DNA of 64,000 nucleotides from Firmicutes bacterium UBA5286 (GCA_002408465.1 DHSM01000022.1:81555-145554), one strand, 5' to 3'. Shown: positions 41,458-49,974, numbered from the stretch's first letter. Program-made: numbers and translations. Notes: generated by a model from the sequence alone, not told the origin.

Positions 41458-43219
41458 TGTTATTCCTCCCCGTTGTCGCCGGCGATTGCAGGCGAGTTTC
41501 TGTTCCTGCCACTGGCAGAGGGATCGTGACTTCCGTTCCCACACCTTCTTGGCTGAAGATATTTACTGTCCCCCCGTGCAGTTCGGCGATTTGTTTGGCT
41601 ATAGACAGGCCCAGACCAGTTCCCCCAGCCTTTCGGCTCCTGGCCTTGTCAACCCTGTAAAAACGTTCAAATATTCGTCCCAAGGCTTCGGCCGGAATGC
41701 CGATTCCCGTGTCCCTGACAATGACTTCTAAATATTTGTTGCGGCTGCTGGCGGAAACAGTGACTCTGCCAGCAGCAGTATAGTTGATGGCGTTTTGAAT
41801 AATGTTCAAAAACAGACGATACAGCTGATCCCGATCTCCCATTATTTTGGGGAGATTTCTGGGCAGGCGCACCTCCAGGTCTAAGCCCTTGGCTGACGCC
41901 TGGCCTGAAACCGCCTTGCTGATATCCTTTAATATTTCCTGCACCGATACTAATCTAAACTGCTTGCTGCGGCTTTCATTCCTGGACAGTATCAGGAGAT
42001 CCTCTATCATGCGCACCATCCTGTCCGCTTCAGAATTGATAACAGCTAAAAAACGCTCCTGCACTTCAGGACTTTCATTCGGGTTCTCCATTAAAGTTTC
42101 CAGATAAGTTTTTATCGTGGTCAAAGGTGTGCGCAATTCATGAGAAACATTGGCGACAAATTCCTGCCGCATTTGATCTAAACGGTTTTGTTCGGTAATA
42201 TCCGAGAGAACCACAATGGTGCCCTGTTTTTTGCCGGCCTGCAGAAAGGGCAGTCTTTGTTGGCGCAGGACAATGCCTAAGGTCCCCTCTAAATAAATCA
42301 TTCCCTGGGCTTCCTGGAGCTGAGGAAAATCAGCAGCTGTTCCCTGGTCCAGCATTTTCTGCTTGTTGACGCCAAACCAGTTGCAGGCAGTTGCATTGAT
42401 ATGCATGACTCTTCCCTCATGGTCTAAGACAATAAGGCCATCACTGAGGTTTATCAAAATGCCCTCTACTTTATCCTTTTCCTGAACCACCTCATCCCAG
42501 CTCAATTGCAGCTGGGCAGCCAGTTCATTAAAGGTCTCTGCCAGCCTGCCGATCTCGTCATCGGCATTGATATCCAGGGAGGGCTGAAAATCACCTGATT
42601 TCATTGCTTCGGCCTGGCTGGTAATCTTGCGCAGAGGGTGGGCTAAGGTCCTGGCTAGGCGGAGACCAAGAAAGGCTGAGAGGATCAGGGCAAGCACTGC
42701 CCCAGTCAAAAGAGCAGTGCGCATTTGGCGCATGGCTGCATCGACCTGGCGCAGAGAGGTTGAGGCATAGACCACTCCCGTAAGCAAGTTATTGCTGTAG
42801 ATAGGCTGTGTATAGTAGTAAAACCGCTGTTCAAACCGCTCATCAAAGCGAATTGAATCCGCTGGTTTTCCCTGAATGGCAGACAAAACTTCCGGCTGCA
42901 CAATTTCTGTGCCAATCATCGGCTCCAGCCCGGGGGAGGCAGCAGCTACCTTGCCGTATTTATCCAGCAAGTATACTTCCCGGTTGACCACATTGCTGAA
43001 TTGGCCAACCAATTGCTGCAAGCCTTCGGTATCGGGGAGCGGGGTATAGTATCTCTCGGCCAGTGATGCTAGGAGCTGCACATGATTATGCAATCCTGAT
43101 TTCAGATCTCTCATAAAGTAATTTTCGATAGAAGACAGCATGTACACACCAAAAAGCTCCAGTGCAAACAGCAGCAACAGTATATAGACCAGAACTAATT
43201 TCCACTGGATACTTTTCAT
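41444..43219 (-). CDS. walK: Sensor histidine kinase WalK (TM-extracellular-TM, HAMP, PAS, HisKA, HATPase)
   Basis: 591 aa. H-box SHELRTPLT. N, G1 and G2 boxes (GGTGLGLSI). Cytoplasmic PAS. Confidence 0.85.
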   Translation of the reverse strand: MKSIQWKLVLVYILLLLFALELFGVYMLSSIENYFMRDLKSGLHNHVQLLASLAERYYTPLPDTEGLQQLVGQFSNVVNREVYLLDKYGKVAAASPGLEPMIGTEIVQPEVLSAIQGKPADSIRFDERFEQRFYYYTQPIYSNNLLTGVVYASTSLRQVDAAMRQMRTALLTGAVLALILSAFLGLRLARTLAHPLRKITSQAEAMKSGDFQPSLDINADDEIGRLAETFNELAAQLQLSWDEVVQEKDKVEGILINLSDGLIVLDHEGRVMHINATACNWFGVNKQKMLDQGTAADFPQLQEAQGMIYLEGTLGIVLRQQRLPFLQAGKKQGTIVVLSDITEQNRLDQMRQEFVANVSHELRTPLTTIKTYLETLMENPNESPEVQERFLAVINSEADRMVRMIEDLLILSRNESRSKQFRLVSVQEILKDISKAVSGQASAKGLDLEVRLPRNLPKIMGDRDQLYRLFLNIIQNAINYTAAGRVTVSASSRNKYLEVIVRDTGIGIPAEALGRIFERFYRVDKARSRKAGGTGLGLSIAKQIAELHGGTVNIFSQEGVGTEVTIPLPVAGTETRLQSPATTGRNNNGQS

Positions 43220-43223
43220 GTTT

Positions 43224-43919
43224 TCACCCCTTAAAGTAGTAGCCCAGTCCTCTCCTGCTCAGGATATATTGAGGGTTGCCAGGGGTCTCCTCAATTTTGA
43301 CCCTCAGTCTGCGGATTGTAACATCAACCGTGCGCACATCGCCAAAATAATCGTATCCCCACACCTTTTTTAGGAGCTCCTCCCGGCTGAATATTTTGCC
43401 GGGATTGCTGGCCAAAAAATCCAAGAGTTCGAATTCCCTTTGGGTGAGATCTATCACCTTCCCCCGCCGTTTGACCGTAAAGAAATCCCGGTCAATTTCC
43501 AGGGACGACTCCCCTGCCTGCGAGGCAGCTTGTTTTTCCTTGGCCCCTAGAGTCCTTCCGCGAAGCTGTGCCTTGATGCGGGCAAGCAGTTCCCTGGTGC
43601 TGAAGGGCTTGGTCACATAATCATCAGCCCCCAGCTCCAACCCCAAGACCTTGTCAATCTCTGCATCTTTGGCGGTGAGCATGATAATTGGGCAATCCAT
43701 ATGCTGACGCACCTGCCGGCAAACGCTGAAACCGTCGATGCCCGGCAGCATTATATCCAACAAAATCAAGTCGGGCAAAAACTCCTTGGCTGCGGACACG
43801 GCATCATCGCCGGTATACACCGCACGCACTTCATAGCCTTCCTTGCCAAGATTATACTCTAAGATATCAGCAATGGGCTTTTCGTCTTCCACTATCAAAA
43901 TTTTACTTGCTCTGACCAT
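43224..43919 (-). CDS. walR: OmpR-family response regulator WalR (likely start [13 protein letters not shown]; the track ORF starts at 43955)
   Basis: Receiver domain [14 protein letters not shown]...[10 protein letters not shown] and a winged-helix C-terminus (RRLRVKIE...[11 protein letters not shown]). Confidence 0.9.
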   Translation of the reverse strand: MVRASKILIVEDEKPIADILEYNLGKEGYEVRAVYTGDDAVSAAKEFLPDLILLDIMLPGIDGFSVCRQVRQHMDCPIIMLTAKDAEIDKVLGLELGADDYVTKPFSTRELLARIKAQLRGRTLGAKEKQAASQAGESSLEIDRDFFTVKRRGKVIDLTQREFELLDFLASNPGKIFSREELLKKVWGYDYFGDVRTVDVTIRRLRVKIEETPGNPQYILSRRGLGYYFKG

Positions 43920-44073
43920 ACTGGTACCCCCTGTCGAATTTTGCTTTTCAGCCAATCTTCTATATTGAATTAATAATAGACTGTATCAGCAACCCCGTCA
44001 AACCTCGGCTCCCCCGCCAGAGTTTACGTAATTATATTATACCGCAAATAAAAAGCCTGCGGTATTCGCAGGC

Positions 44074-45432
44074 TTAGGGTTTAAAAAATTGCAGGGCGTT
44101 AATGCGTGTGCCGTTCCGCTGCACTTCAAAATGAAGATGGGGTCCGGTGCTGTTGCCGGTGCTGCCTGCCTTGGCAATAACCTGGCCCTTGGAAACCCAT
44201 TGACCCGGCTTGACTAAGCGGGCGCTGGCATGGGCATAGAGGGTTGCATAGCCATTGCCATGGTCGATCTTAACATAATTTCCATAAGAAGGACCCCATT
44301 GCGATATAATCACTGTGCCAGCAGCGGCAGCATAAATGGGAGTGCCGGTAGGAGCGCCAATATCTACCCCGCCGTGAGTGCCCCTGCGGGATCCAAAGTA
44401 ATCAGTGATGTAACCTGTGTTCAGCGGCCAGCGGAACTTGCCGGCGGCAGCACTGGGCCACCTGGAGGTTCCCTTTTCGATGATTTTGGTCACCGGCTGA
44501 GTTTCAACCTCGGTATTGACAATTCTTCTCCCGGTTTCAACACCGTTGGCGTATTCCACTTTGTAGATGACGGCCTTCTTGCCGGAGACGCCTTTTGTCA
44601 CTGTAGAGGACTGATAGAACCAGCGCTTGCCGGTGTATCGATATGCTGTCGAATAGCTAATGGCTTCATAAGACTTGACTTGCTCCACCGTGCGGACATT
44701 GAGCTTTGGTTCTGCAACTACCAGGTTGAGGACCTGCCCTGTTTTTAAAACATTGCTCTTGGCCAGGGAAGGATTGGCTTTCTTGAGATCTGTTTGACTC
44801 ATGTTGACTGAACGGGAAACAGACCACAAACTGTCGCCCTTGGCTACCACATAGGTCTCTGTTTTCTCTCGCCCCTGTAAAATATAGTCGACAGCTGCAT
44901 CTACAGCCCAGATATCTTCCGGCACCACTTCCTGGGGACAGATTTCCACGGAGTCAACAATTTCGGTGCTGACCAACGTGCATTTTGCTGAATCGTGCAC
45001 AAAGAAGTTTGCCACCTGAGTCAATACTTCCTGGGCCTGCTCCTGAGTGGCTGTCCACAGCAAGGATTCATCATTAACAACAATTGCCCAACCCATAGTA
45101 GAATAGGATACCCTGGCTGCCAGGGCTGTTTTCACATGGGCCTCATCGGCCCGAGGCTTCAATTGCAGTTCTCTTTGCGCAGATATTTCCTGGGCAAATT
45201 TAAGATTAAGCCCGACTTGGGCCTCTTCTTTATTCAATAAATCTTCCAATATGTTGGTATATCCTTGGATGCTGGCCACTGCGCCGACATCTTCGCCATC
45301 TATATAGACTCTGTACACAAATCCGGGCCGATAAATAGCATAGGCCGCTGAGCCCGTTGCCACCATAAGAATTAACAAGGCAAGACACCCAAGCAGGATT
45401 CTTTTCTTCATAGGCCACCTCTCTTTTGCCAA
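44074..45432 (-). CDS. LysM-domain M23 metallopeptidase with long N-terminal region of unknown function
   Basis: 452 aa. Signal/TM, LysM (YVVAKGDSLWSVSRSV), and C-terminal M23 (HGGVDIGAPTGTPIY, HLHFEV). Confidence 0.8.
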   Translation of the reverse strand: MAKERWPMKKRILLGCLALLILMVATGSAAYAIYRPGFVYRVYIDGEDVGAVASIQGYTNILEDLLNKEEAQVGLNLKFAQEISAQRELQLKPRADEAHVKTALAARVSYSTMGWAIVVNDESLLWTATQEQAQEVLTQVANFFVHDSAKCTLVSTEIVDSVEICPQEVVPEDIWAVDAAVDYILQGREKTETYVVAKGDSLWSVSRSVNMSQTDLKKANPSLAKSNVLKTGQVLNLVVAEPKLNVRTVEQVKSYEAISYSTAYRYTGKRWFYQSSTVTKGVSGKKAVIYKVEYANGVETGRRIVNTEVETQPVTKIIEKGTSRWPSAAAGKFRWPLNTGYITDYFGSRRGTHGGVDIGAPTGTPIYAAAAGTVIISQWGPSYGNYVKIDHGNGYATLYAHASARLVKPGQWVSKGQVIAKAGSTGNSTGPHLHFEVQRNGTRINALQFFKP

Positions 45433-45625
45433 CCAATACTCGGTTTTTATACTTATTCGCCTTATTAATTGAGAATCCTTTTGGTAATTTGTTGAAAACC
45501 CATTGCTCCTTTGTTTTTTAGCGTAAGCAAGGGCTCATTTTGGCCACCTGCTGGCAGCATGCCTGCAAGCGCAAAAAACCGCTTCGATCCACGTTTACCG
45601 TGCATCTCTGCGGTTTTTTTCAATT

Positions 45626-45701
45626 TGGAGCCGGCGATGGGACTTGAACCCGCAACCTGCTGATTACGATTCAGCTGCTCTGCCAATTGAGCTACGCCGG
45701 C
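45626..45701 (-). tRNA. tRNA-Thr (anticodon CGU)
   Basis: Manual fold of the reverse complement: acceptor GCCGGCG/CGCCGGC, anticodon loop aTCGTaa, T-loop TTCAAGT, CCA encoded. Confidence 0.8.
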
Positions 45702-45711
45702 AAATAGACTA

Positions 45712-45787
45712 TGGTGCCGCAGGGCAGAATTGAACTGCCGACACGTGGATTTTCAGTCCACTGCTCTACCGACTGAGCTACCGCGGC
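45712..45787 (-). tRNA. tRNA-Phe (anticodon GAA)
   Basis: Reverse complement GCCGCGGTAGCTCAGTCGGTAGAGCAGTGGACTGAAAATCCAC...GGTTCAATTCTGCC...CACCA. Confidence 0.85.
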
Positions 45788-45794
45788 ATAAAAG

Positions 45795-45871
45795 TGGCGG
45801 AGCTGACGGGAGTCGAACCCGCGATCTCCTGCGTGACAGGCAGGCATGTTAGGCCACTACACCACAGCTCC
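45795..45871 (-). tRNA. tRNA-Asp (anticodon GUC)
   Basis: Reverse complement GGAGCTGTGGTGTAGTGGCCTAACATGCCTGCCTGTCACGCAGGAGATCGCGGGTTCGACTCCCGTCAGCTCCGCCA. Confidence 0.85.
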
Positions 45872-45875
45872 GCTT

Positions 45876-45952
45876 TGGTGACCCCTAGGGGATTCGAACC
45901 CCTGAATGCCAGCGTGAAAGGCTGGTGAGTTAAGCCGCTTCTCCAAGGGGCC
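45876..45952 (-). tRNA. tRNA-Glu (anticodon UUC)
   Basis: Reverse complement GGCCCCTTGGAGAAGCGGCTTAACTCACCAGCCTTTCACGCTGGCATTCAGGGGTTCGAATCCCCTAGGGGTCACCA. Confidence 0.85.
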
Positions 45953-45960
45953 TAAATAAA

Positions 45961-46035
45961 TGGTGAGCCATGATGGATTCGAACCATCGACACCCTGATT
46001 AAAAGTCAGGTGCTCTGCCAACTGAGCTAATGGCC
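45961..46035 (-). tRNA. tRNA-Lys (anticodon UUU)
   Basis: Reverse complement GGCCATTAGCTCAGTTGGCAGAGCACCTGACTTTTAATCAGGGTGTCGATGGTTCGAATCCATCATGGCTCACCA. Confidence 0.85.
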
Positions 46036-46049
46036 CAAGACACTATAAG

Positions 46050-46078
46050 AGAATACTATAGATAAATTTTCGTGTCAA
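46050..46078 (-). promoter_or_regulatory. Candidate sigma-A promoter of the tRNA operon: -35 TTGACA (46073-46078), 17-bp spacer, weak -10 TATTCT
   Basis: The minus-strand sequence gggTTGACAcgaaaatttatctatagTATTCTc was read directly upstream of tRNA-Lys. The -10 is poor, so the call is tentative. Confidence 0.3.
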
Positions 46079-46100
46079 CCCTTATTTCTTGTTTAAAAAT

Positions 46101-46544
46101 TTAAATGGCTTCAACCGAAAGGGTTAAACAGGCTGTTACTTGGGGATGAAGGCGTATTTCTATCTCATAGTTGCCCAGCTGCCGAATTGGTTCTTGCAGC
46201 ATAACCTTGCGGCGGTCAACTTTGACTCCCATTCTTGCCATTTCATCGGCAATATCCTTGCTGGTAACCGAACCAAACAGGCGCCCGCCTTCTCCTGCCT
46301 TAACTTTGTAGTCCAGTTTTAAGTTCTCAATTTTTTCTTTGAGATTCTGGTTGCGGGTAAAATCCCTTTCATCCCTCTTGTCTGCCATCTGCTGCTGTTG
46401 CTCTAGGGATTTGAGGGCATTGGCATCTGCACTAACCGCCAGCCCCCTGGGCAATAAAAAGTTTCGGGCGTAGCCATCGGAAACGTCCTTGACTTCACCG
46501 GCATTGCCCACTCCTTTTACCTTTGCCTTTAGAATTACCTTCAT
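46101..46544 (-). CDS. rplI: 50S ribosomal protein L9
   Basis: 147 aa. MKVILKAKVKGVGNAGEVKDVSDGYARNFLLPRGLA is a canonical L9 N-terminus. Confidence 0.9.
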   Translation of the reverse strand: MKVILKAKVKGVGNAGEVKDVSDGYARNFLLPRGLAVSADANALKSLEQQQQMADKRDERDFTRNQNLKEKIENLKLDYKVKAGEGGRLFGSVTSKDIADEMARMGVKVDRRKVMLQEPIRQLGNYEIEIRLHPQVTACLTLSVEAI

Positions 46545-46583
46545 GGATACTCCCCCTTAATCATTATCCTGGCCGAAATGAAG

Positions 46584-46898
46584 CTAATCCTCATCTCTGT
46601 GCTTGCCTCGCCAATAGCTCAATAATTCTGCTTCAAACTGGCGCAAACTGTTTTCGGGATTGGCTGCCCTGTCTTGCAGTTTTTCTTCAATGGCTATATC
46701 CATGCGGCGAATGCTGATGCCCAAACGATCAGCCATGCTAAACAGGATGACAATTGCCGCACTGAGGGCATCAAGCACATTGTCCTCCAAGCCTCTGTAC
46801 AGACCAGAAAACAGCTCGGCGATTACCGACAGCAATTGCACCTTCAGACCCTCAATTATTTTTAGGTTGCGAGCAATATCAATGTGGTTTGCAGTCAT
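46584..46898 (-). CDS. MazG-like nucleotide pyrophosphohydrolase domain protein
   Basis: 104 aa all-alpha protein with EExxD/E-type acidic motifs (LEDNVLDAL, EEKLQDRA). The MazG/YpjD-like call is moderate. Confidence 0.5.
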   Translation of the reverse strand: MTANHIDIARNLKIIEGLKVQLLSVIAELFSGLYRGLEDNVLDALSAAIVILFSMADRLGISIRRMDIAIEEKLQDRAANPENSLRQFEAELLSYWRGKHRDED

Positions 46899-46945
46899 TT
46901 AATCCCCTCCCGGACAAAACAGGGGCAACTACTTGCCCCTTGTAT

Positions 46946-47173
46946 CTATTCCGTTGTGTATGGCATCAGAGCAATGTAGCGGGAACGCTTGATAGCCAGG
47001 GTCAACTGACGTTGATGTCCCGCACAGTTGCCGGTTATACGCCTGGGCAGGATTTTGCCCCGGTCGGAAATGAAACGCCGCAGCTTATCTGGGCTTTTAT
47101 AATCAATATGCGTAACCTTGTCTACGCAGAAACTGCATACGCGTTTGCGCTTTCTGCCTCTTTCCTTGCGCAT
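46946..47173 (-). CDS. rpsR: 30S ribosomal protein S18
   Basis: 75 aa. [31 protein letters not shown]. Confidence 0.95.
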   Translation of the reverse strand: MRKERGRKRKRVCSFCVDKVTHIDYKSPDKLRRFISDRGKILPRRITGNCAGHQRQLTLAIKRSRYIALMPYTTE

Positions 47174-47188
47174 CTTTTAGCCTCCAAT

Positions 47189-47587
47189 CTAAAATGGGAT
47201 ATCGTCGTCGGCGCCTGCATCAGTGCCGTACTGTTCAAAGCCGGAGTTGGCCGTGCGAGTGCTCTGCTCGCCCTTCCGGTCCAGGAAGCGGACGCTGTCT
47301 GCGATTACTTCGGTAATATACCTGCGCTGGCCATCCTGTTCATAAGTCCGCACCTGCATTCTTCCATCCACAGCCACAAGGCTGCCCTTGCCCAGATAGT
47401 TAGCACAGTTTTCCGCCTGTTTGCGCCAAACAACGATAGGGATAAAATCTGCCTCCCTTTCGCCCTCTTTATTGAGAAAGGGGCGGTCAACCGCGAGGGT
47501 AAAGGATGCCACAGGGGTTCCGGAAGGAATATACTTTAATTCCGGATCCCTCGTCAACCGGCCTATTAGAATCACCCGGTTCAACAA
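47189..47587 (-). CDS. ssb: Single-stranded DNA-binding protein
   Basis: 132 aa. [21 protein letters not shown]-fold start and the C-terminal acidic tip DDIPF. Confidence 0.95.
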   Translation of the reverse strand: MLNRVILIGRLTRDPELKYIPSGTPVASFTLAVDRPFLNKEGEREADFIPIVVWRKQAENCANYLGKGSLVAVDGRMQVRTYEQDGQRRYITEVIADSVRFLDRKGEQSTRTANSGFEQYGTDAGADDDIPF

Positions 47588-47607
47588 AAAATCATCTCCC
47601 CTCCAAA

Positions 47608-47895
47608 CTATTCATCTACCCGAACAATGATATGCCTGAGAATTCCCTCGGTTATCTTGATGACACGATCCAGCTCGGCTACCACCTGAGGAGTGCCCTC
47701 AAAATGTAGCTCGATGTAGTTCCCATCGCTGAAATCAGCGATTTCGTAGGCAAGATGCCGTTTTCCCCATTGTTTTACTTCGCCCACCTGGCCACCCTGT
47801 TCGCCAATGATGGCAGCGACTTTTTCCTGAAGGCCATTAATCTGTTCCTCATCCAAGTCGGGCTGGACAATGTACAGCATTTCATATTTGCGCAT
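47608..47895 (-). CDS. rpsF: 30S ribosomal protein S6 (start at MRKYEM; GGAGGAGG RBS 9 nt upstream)
   Basis: [17 protein letters not shown] is a canonical S6 start. The track ORF begins 3 codons earlier at an ATG abutting the RBS. Confidence 0.95.
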   Translation of the reverse strand: MRKYEMLYIVQPDLDEEQINGLQEKVAAIIGEQGGQVGEVKQWGKRHLAYEIADFSDGNYIELHFEGTPQVVAELDRVIKITEGILRHIIVRVDE

Positions 47896-47959
47896 ATCTT
47901 TCACCTCCTCCTATGGACTAGCGGCTTCAACGGACGTTGAAGCAGGGGGACAATTAAAT

Positions 47960-47987
47960 ATTATAACACAAAGACCTGCACATGCAA
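47960..47987 (-). promoter_or_regulatory. rpsF operon sigma-A promoter: -35 TTGCAT, 16-bp spacer, extended -10 TGtTATAAT (copy A of the 34-bp repeat)
   Basis: The minus-strand sequence aacTTGCATgtgcaggtctttgTGtTATAATatt lies about 65-95 bp upstream of the rpsF ATG. The rpsF 5'UTR also contains a stem-loop gcttcaacg-tcc-gttgaagc. Confidence 0.6.
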
Positions 47988-47994
47988 GTTAACC
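47961..47994. repeat. 34-bp perfect direct repeat copy A (ttataacacaaagacctgcacatgcaagttaacc), left boundary of the AT-rich islet
   Basis: Identical 34-mer found at 49948-49981, read directly from the sequence. Confidence 0.9.
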
Positions 47995-48091
47995 CCAACT
48001 TTACAGTTTAAAACCCACAGCAAGATATGCTCCCCCTAAGGTTGACAAACGAAATAATATAACCGTCTGAAGATTGAAGGAGGAAGTTTTT

Positions 48092-48169
48092 TTGTCCAGG
48101 AATAGGTTCAGCCATTCTATATTAGGCAGCCAATGGTGTTGTGAATATCGGTTCTATTATCGGCAATAA
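48092..48169 (+). CDS. Possible 25-aa small ORF (TTG start, strong GAAGGAGGA RBS 7 nt upstream): MSRNRFSHSILGSQWCCEYRFYYRQ
   Basis: RBS at 48076-48084. Frame read manually to the TAA at 48167-48169. A TTGACA hexamer sits at 48042-48047. No family. Confidence 0.2.
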   Translation: MSRNRFSHSILGSQWCCEYRFYYRQ

Positions 48170-48613
48170 TAGGACTTATTAGGAAGATTGTCGGAGTTTC
48201 AGGGCAGAATTCCCCTCAGGGGGTGTTTACATCGTATTTTGGGTGTGTTACATTAAGGTCAAGAGAAGTGACAAACGGTCACGTGAAGTATTGTCAGGTC
48301 AAAAGAGAATAATATTTGCAAGGGACGGTTTTTGGGGGCTAATTACCATGTTACCGCATGTTAATTAGCTAGAGGTTTTTGATATGAAGTGATACCGAAA
48401 TCCATTTAGCTATCTGGATTTTGAGGTCGACAGCAATCTTTTGGGTTAGTAGCCAGAAATAACTCAACAGCATTTACCATCTCCTTTCCCCGTCCCTGCA
48501 AATTTATTCTATCAGCGAATTTTGGGACATGCAAGCTTGTTTACACTTTACTTTAGCTTCTGAGATTCCGGCTTGCTTTGGACACAGATATCTGCTATAC
48601 TTTTCCTTCAATG

Positions 48614-48637
48614 GGACGCCTCAGGGCGTTTTTTTTT
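48614..48637 (+). terminator. Plus-strand intrinsic terminator inside the islet (GGACGCCtcaGGGCGUU plus U9)
   Basis: The hairpin gacgcc-tca-gggcgt is followed by nine T. This implies a plus-strand transcript across 48040-48637, where no ORF of 60 aa or longer exists. Confidence 0.5.
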
Positions 48638-48752
48638 GCCTGAACCCCTTTCTCGTCAGGTCTTCTTGCTTATAATAGCTTCTCGCGGAGTTGTTTTTAA
48701 CGCCTTTTTTTAATAATTTTTTTTCAAAAAGTGCTTACAGAATTTAATTATC

Positions 48753-49358
48753 CTATGTAATTATCTGTTTATTATGTTGTGCTTTGCCTTCCTTCTTTTG
48801 GTATCTCTCGACGAGCCTATCTATTTGGATGCCTTCCAGTATCTCTGAGATTTCTTTGTATTGGTAGTTTGTGCTGAACTTCTCCACGGCTGCTGTAGCC
48901 CATACCATGAGCGCAACAACGATCGCTGAGACTGTCAAGAAGAATAGGAGAATGTTTCCTGCTAGGTTTCCGCTGAAGTAACCTTTTAAGAGTTCAACTA
49001 TGAGCCAGCTGTAGCCTGGTAGGACTATTACGCCAATCGCTGCTGTGATCTTATTTAGAAGGTTTTTTGAATCTGCACTTCTTTTCCTTGTCAAGTTTGC
49101 TAATTCCTGAAGGTCTTTTTGTGTGAAGTTTCTTTGGTTGATTTCTTCCCGGAAATTTTGGAGCCTTATTTCTTTGGCCTGGATTCTATATGTGTAGAGG
49201 ACCATTGCGATGATTGGTAGTTGAATGATAATACCTTTTTTAATTAGGTCCCATGTAACTGCTGTTGTGATAATCAAGGTGACGAAGAAGATGATAAATT
49301 CTTTCAGGTTTCCTTTTCCTTTGTAGAGTTCGAGTAGGGAGTTTTCTCTTGGATTCAA
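48753..49358 (-). CDS. Hypothetical membrane protein, four TM helices in two pairs separated by a charged cytoplasmic linker (TTG start, GGAGG RBS); sole long ORF of the islet
   Basis: 201 aa. TM pairs at about 22-57 and 108-160. K/N/I-rich. No recognised family. Confidence 0.55.
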   Translation of the reverse strand: MNPRENSLLELYKGKGNLKEFIIFFVTLIITTAVTWDLIKKGIIIQLPIIAMVLYTYRIQAKEIRLQNFREEINQRNFTQKDLQELANLTRKRSADSKNLLNKITAAIGVIVLPGYSWLIVELLKGYFSGNLAGNILLFFLTVSAIVVALMVWATAAVEKFSTNYQYKEISEILEGIQIDRLVERYQKKEGKAQHNKQIIT

Positions 49359-49861
49359 TTTGATCGCCTCCGTTCTGGGTTGATTATATTTTGGTGGAGC
49401 AGTTGTGTCAATTCTGAAGTAGGGATAAGTTCATCAGGTTATTTGATACATCATCTTGGCCAAGGGTATCACCAAAATATAGCGGGCTTCCAGACGCTTC
49501 TTCTCCAGGCGAAGGCCCGAATCTTTGTTTAGGAAATCTATTAAGGTGCTTTCCTTAGCAGTGATCCGGCTGGCCGCAGGTCTTGGGGACACCCGCCCGG
49601 GGACCTCTGGGGTGGCCATAACCCGAGGCTATATTGGGGGACTCGCCCTGAGCAAGGTTAGAATTCCTTGGCAGATTCTACGCCATTCAATTATAGTTAT
49701 GGATGAATGACTTATTCTGTAGATGTAACTCGTTTCTGGCTGTTCTACACTCCCACCTGATCCTGGCCAATCAACCTATTTATCGCTTCGCACGGCCCGT
49801 GTTCCTGTTTTTGTCTTCTGTTCCCCTGAACCTAGCATGAAGTTCTCAGGTTTTTGCTAGG

Positions 49862-49890
49862 TGAAAAAAAACGCAGAAATCTGCGTGCTT
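49862..49890 (-). terminator. Minus-strand intrinsic terminator (CGCAGAuuuCUGCG plus U8) about 55 nt downstream of the predicted promoter-copy-B start site (about 50-80 nt, since the start site is a prediction)
   Basis: Plus strand gtgaaaaaaaaCGCAGAaatCTGCGtg. On the minus strand this reads as a hairpin followed by UUUUUUUU. Confidence 0.5.
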
Positions 49891-49946
49891 AAAGCGTTTA
49901 TTGATTGTCAACATGGCCGTTCTGATAGACTAACTGTAAAAGTCGG

Positions 49947-49974
49947 GTTATAACACAAAGACCTGCACATGCAA
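49947..49974 (-). promoter_or_regulatory. Second copy (B) of the rpsF promoter: -35 TTGCAT, 16-bp spacer, TGtTATAAC; oriented toward the islet interior
   Basis: Part of the 34-bp repeat copy B. The -10 differs by one base because the base just outside the repeat differs from copy A. Confidence 0.5.

Noticed and set aside
45564-45620. aaaaaaccgc…gcggttttttt inverted repeat downstream of the tRNA cluster
   Set aside because: It could be the tRNA-operon terminator, but the arms are separated by about 36 nt, so it is not a canonical intrinsic terminator. Left uncalled.
45465-45686. 73-aa minus-strand ORF overlapping tRNA-Thr
   Set aside because: It overlaps a clear tRNA gene and the tRNA-operon terminator region, and has no RBS.
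49434-49710. Two 61-aa ORFs on opposite strands inside the GC-rich block of the islet
   Set aside because: They are mutually overlapping, lack a convincing RBS or start context, and have no family resemblance. The region is more plausibly non-coding RNA or a captured fragment.
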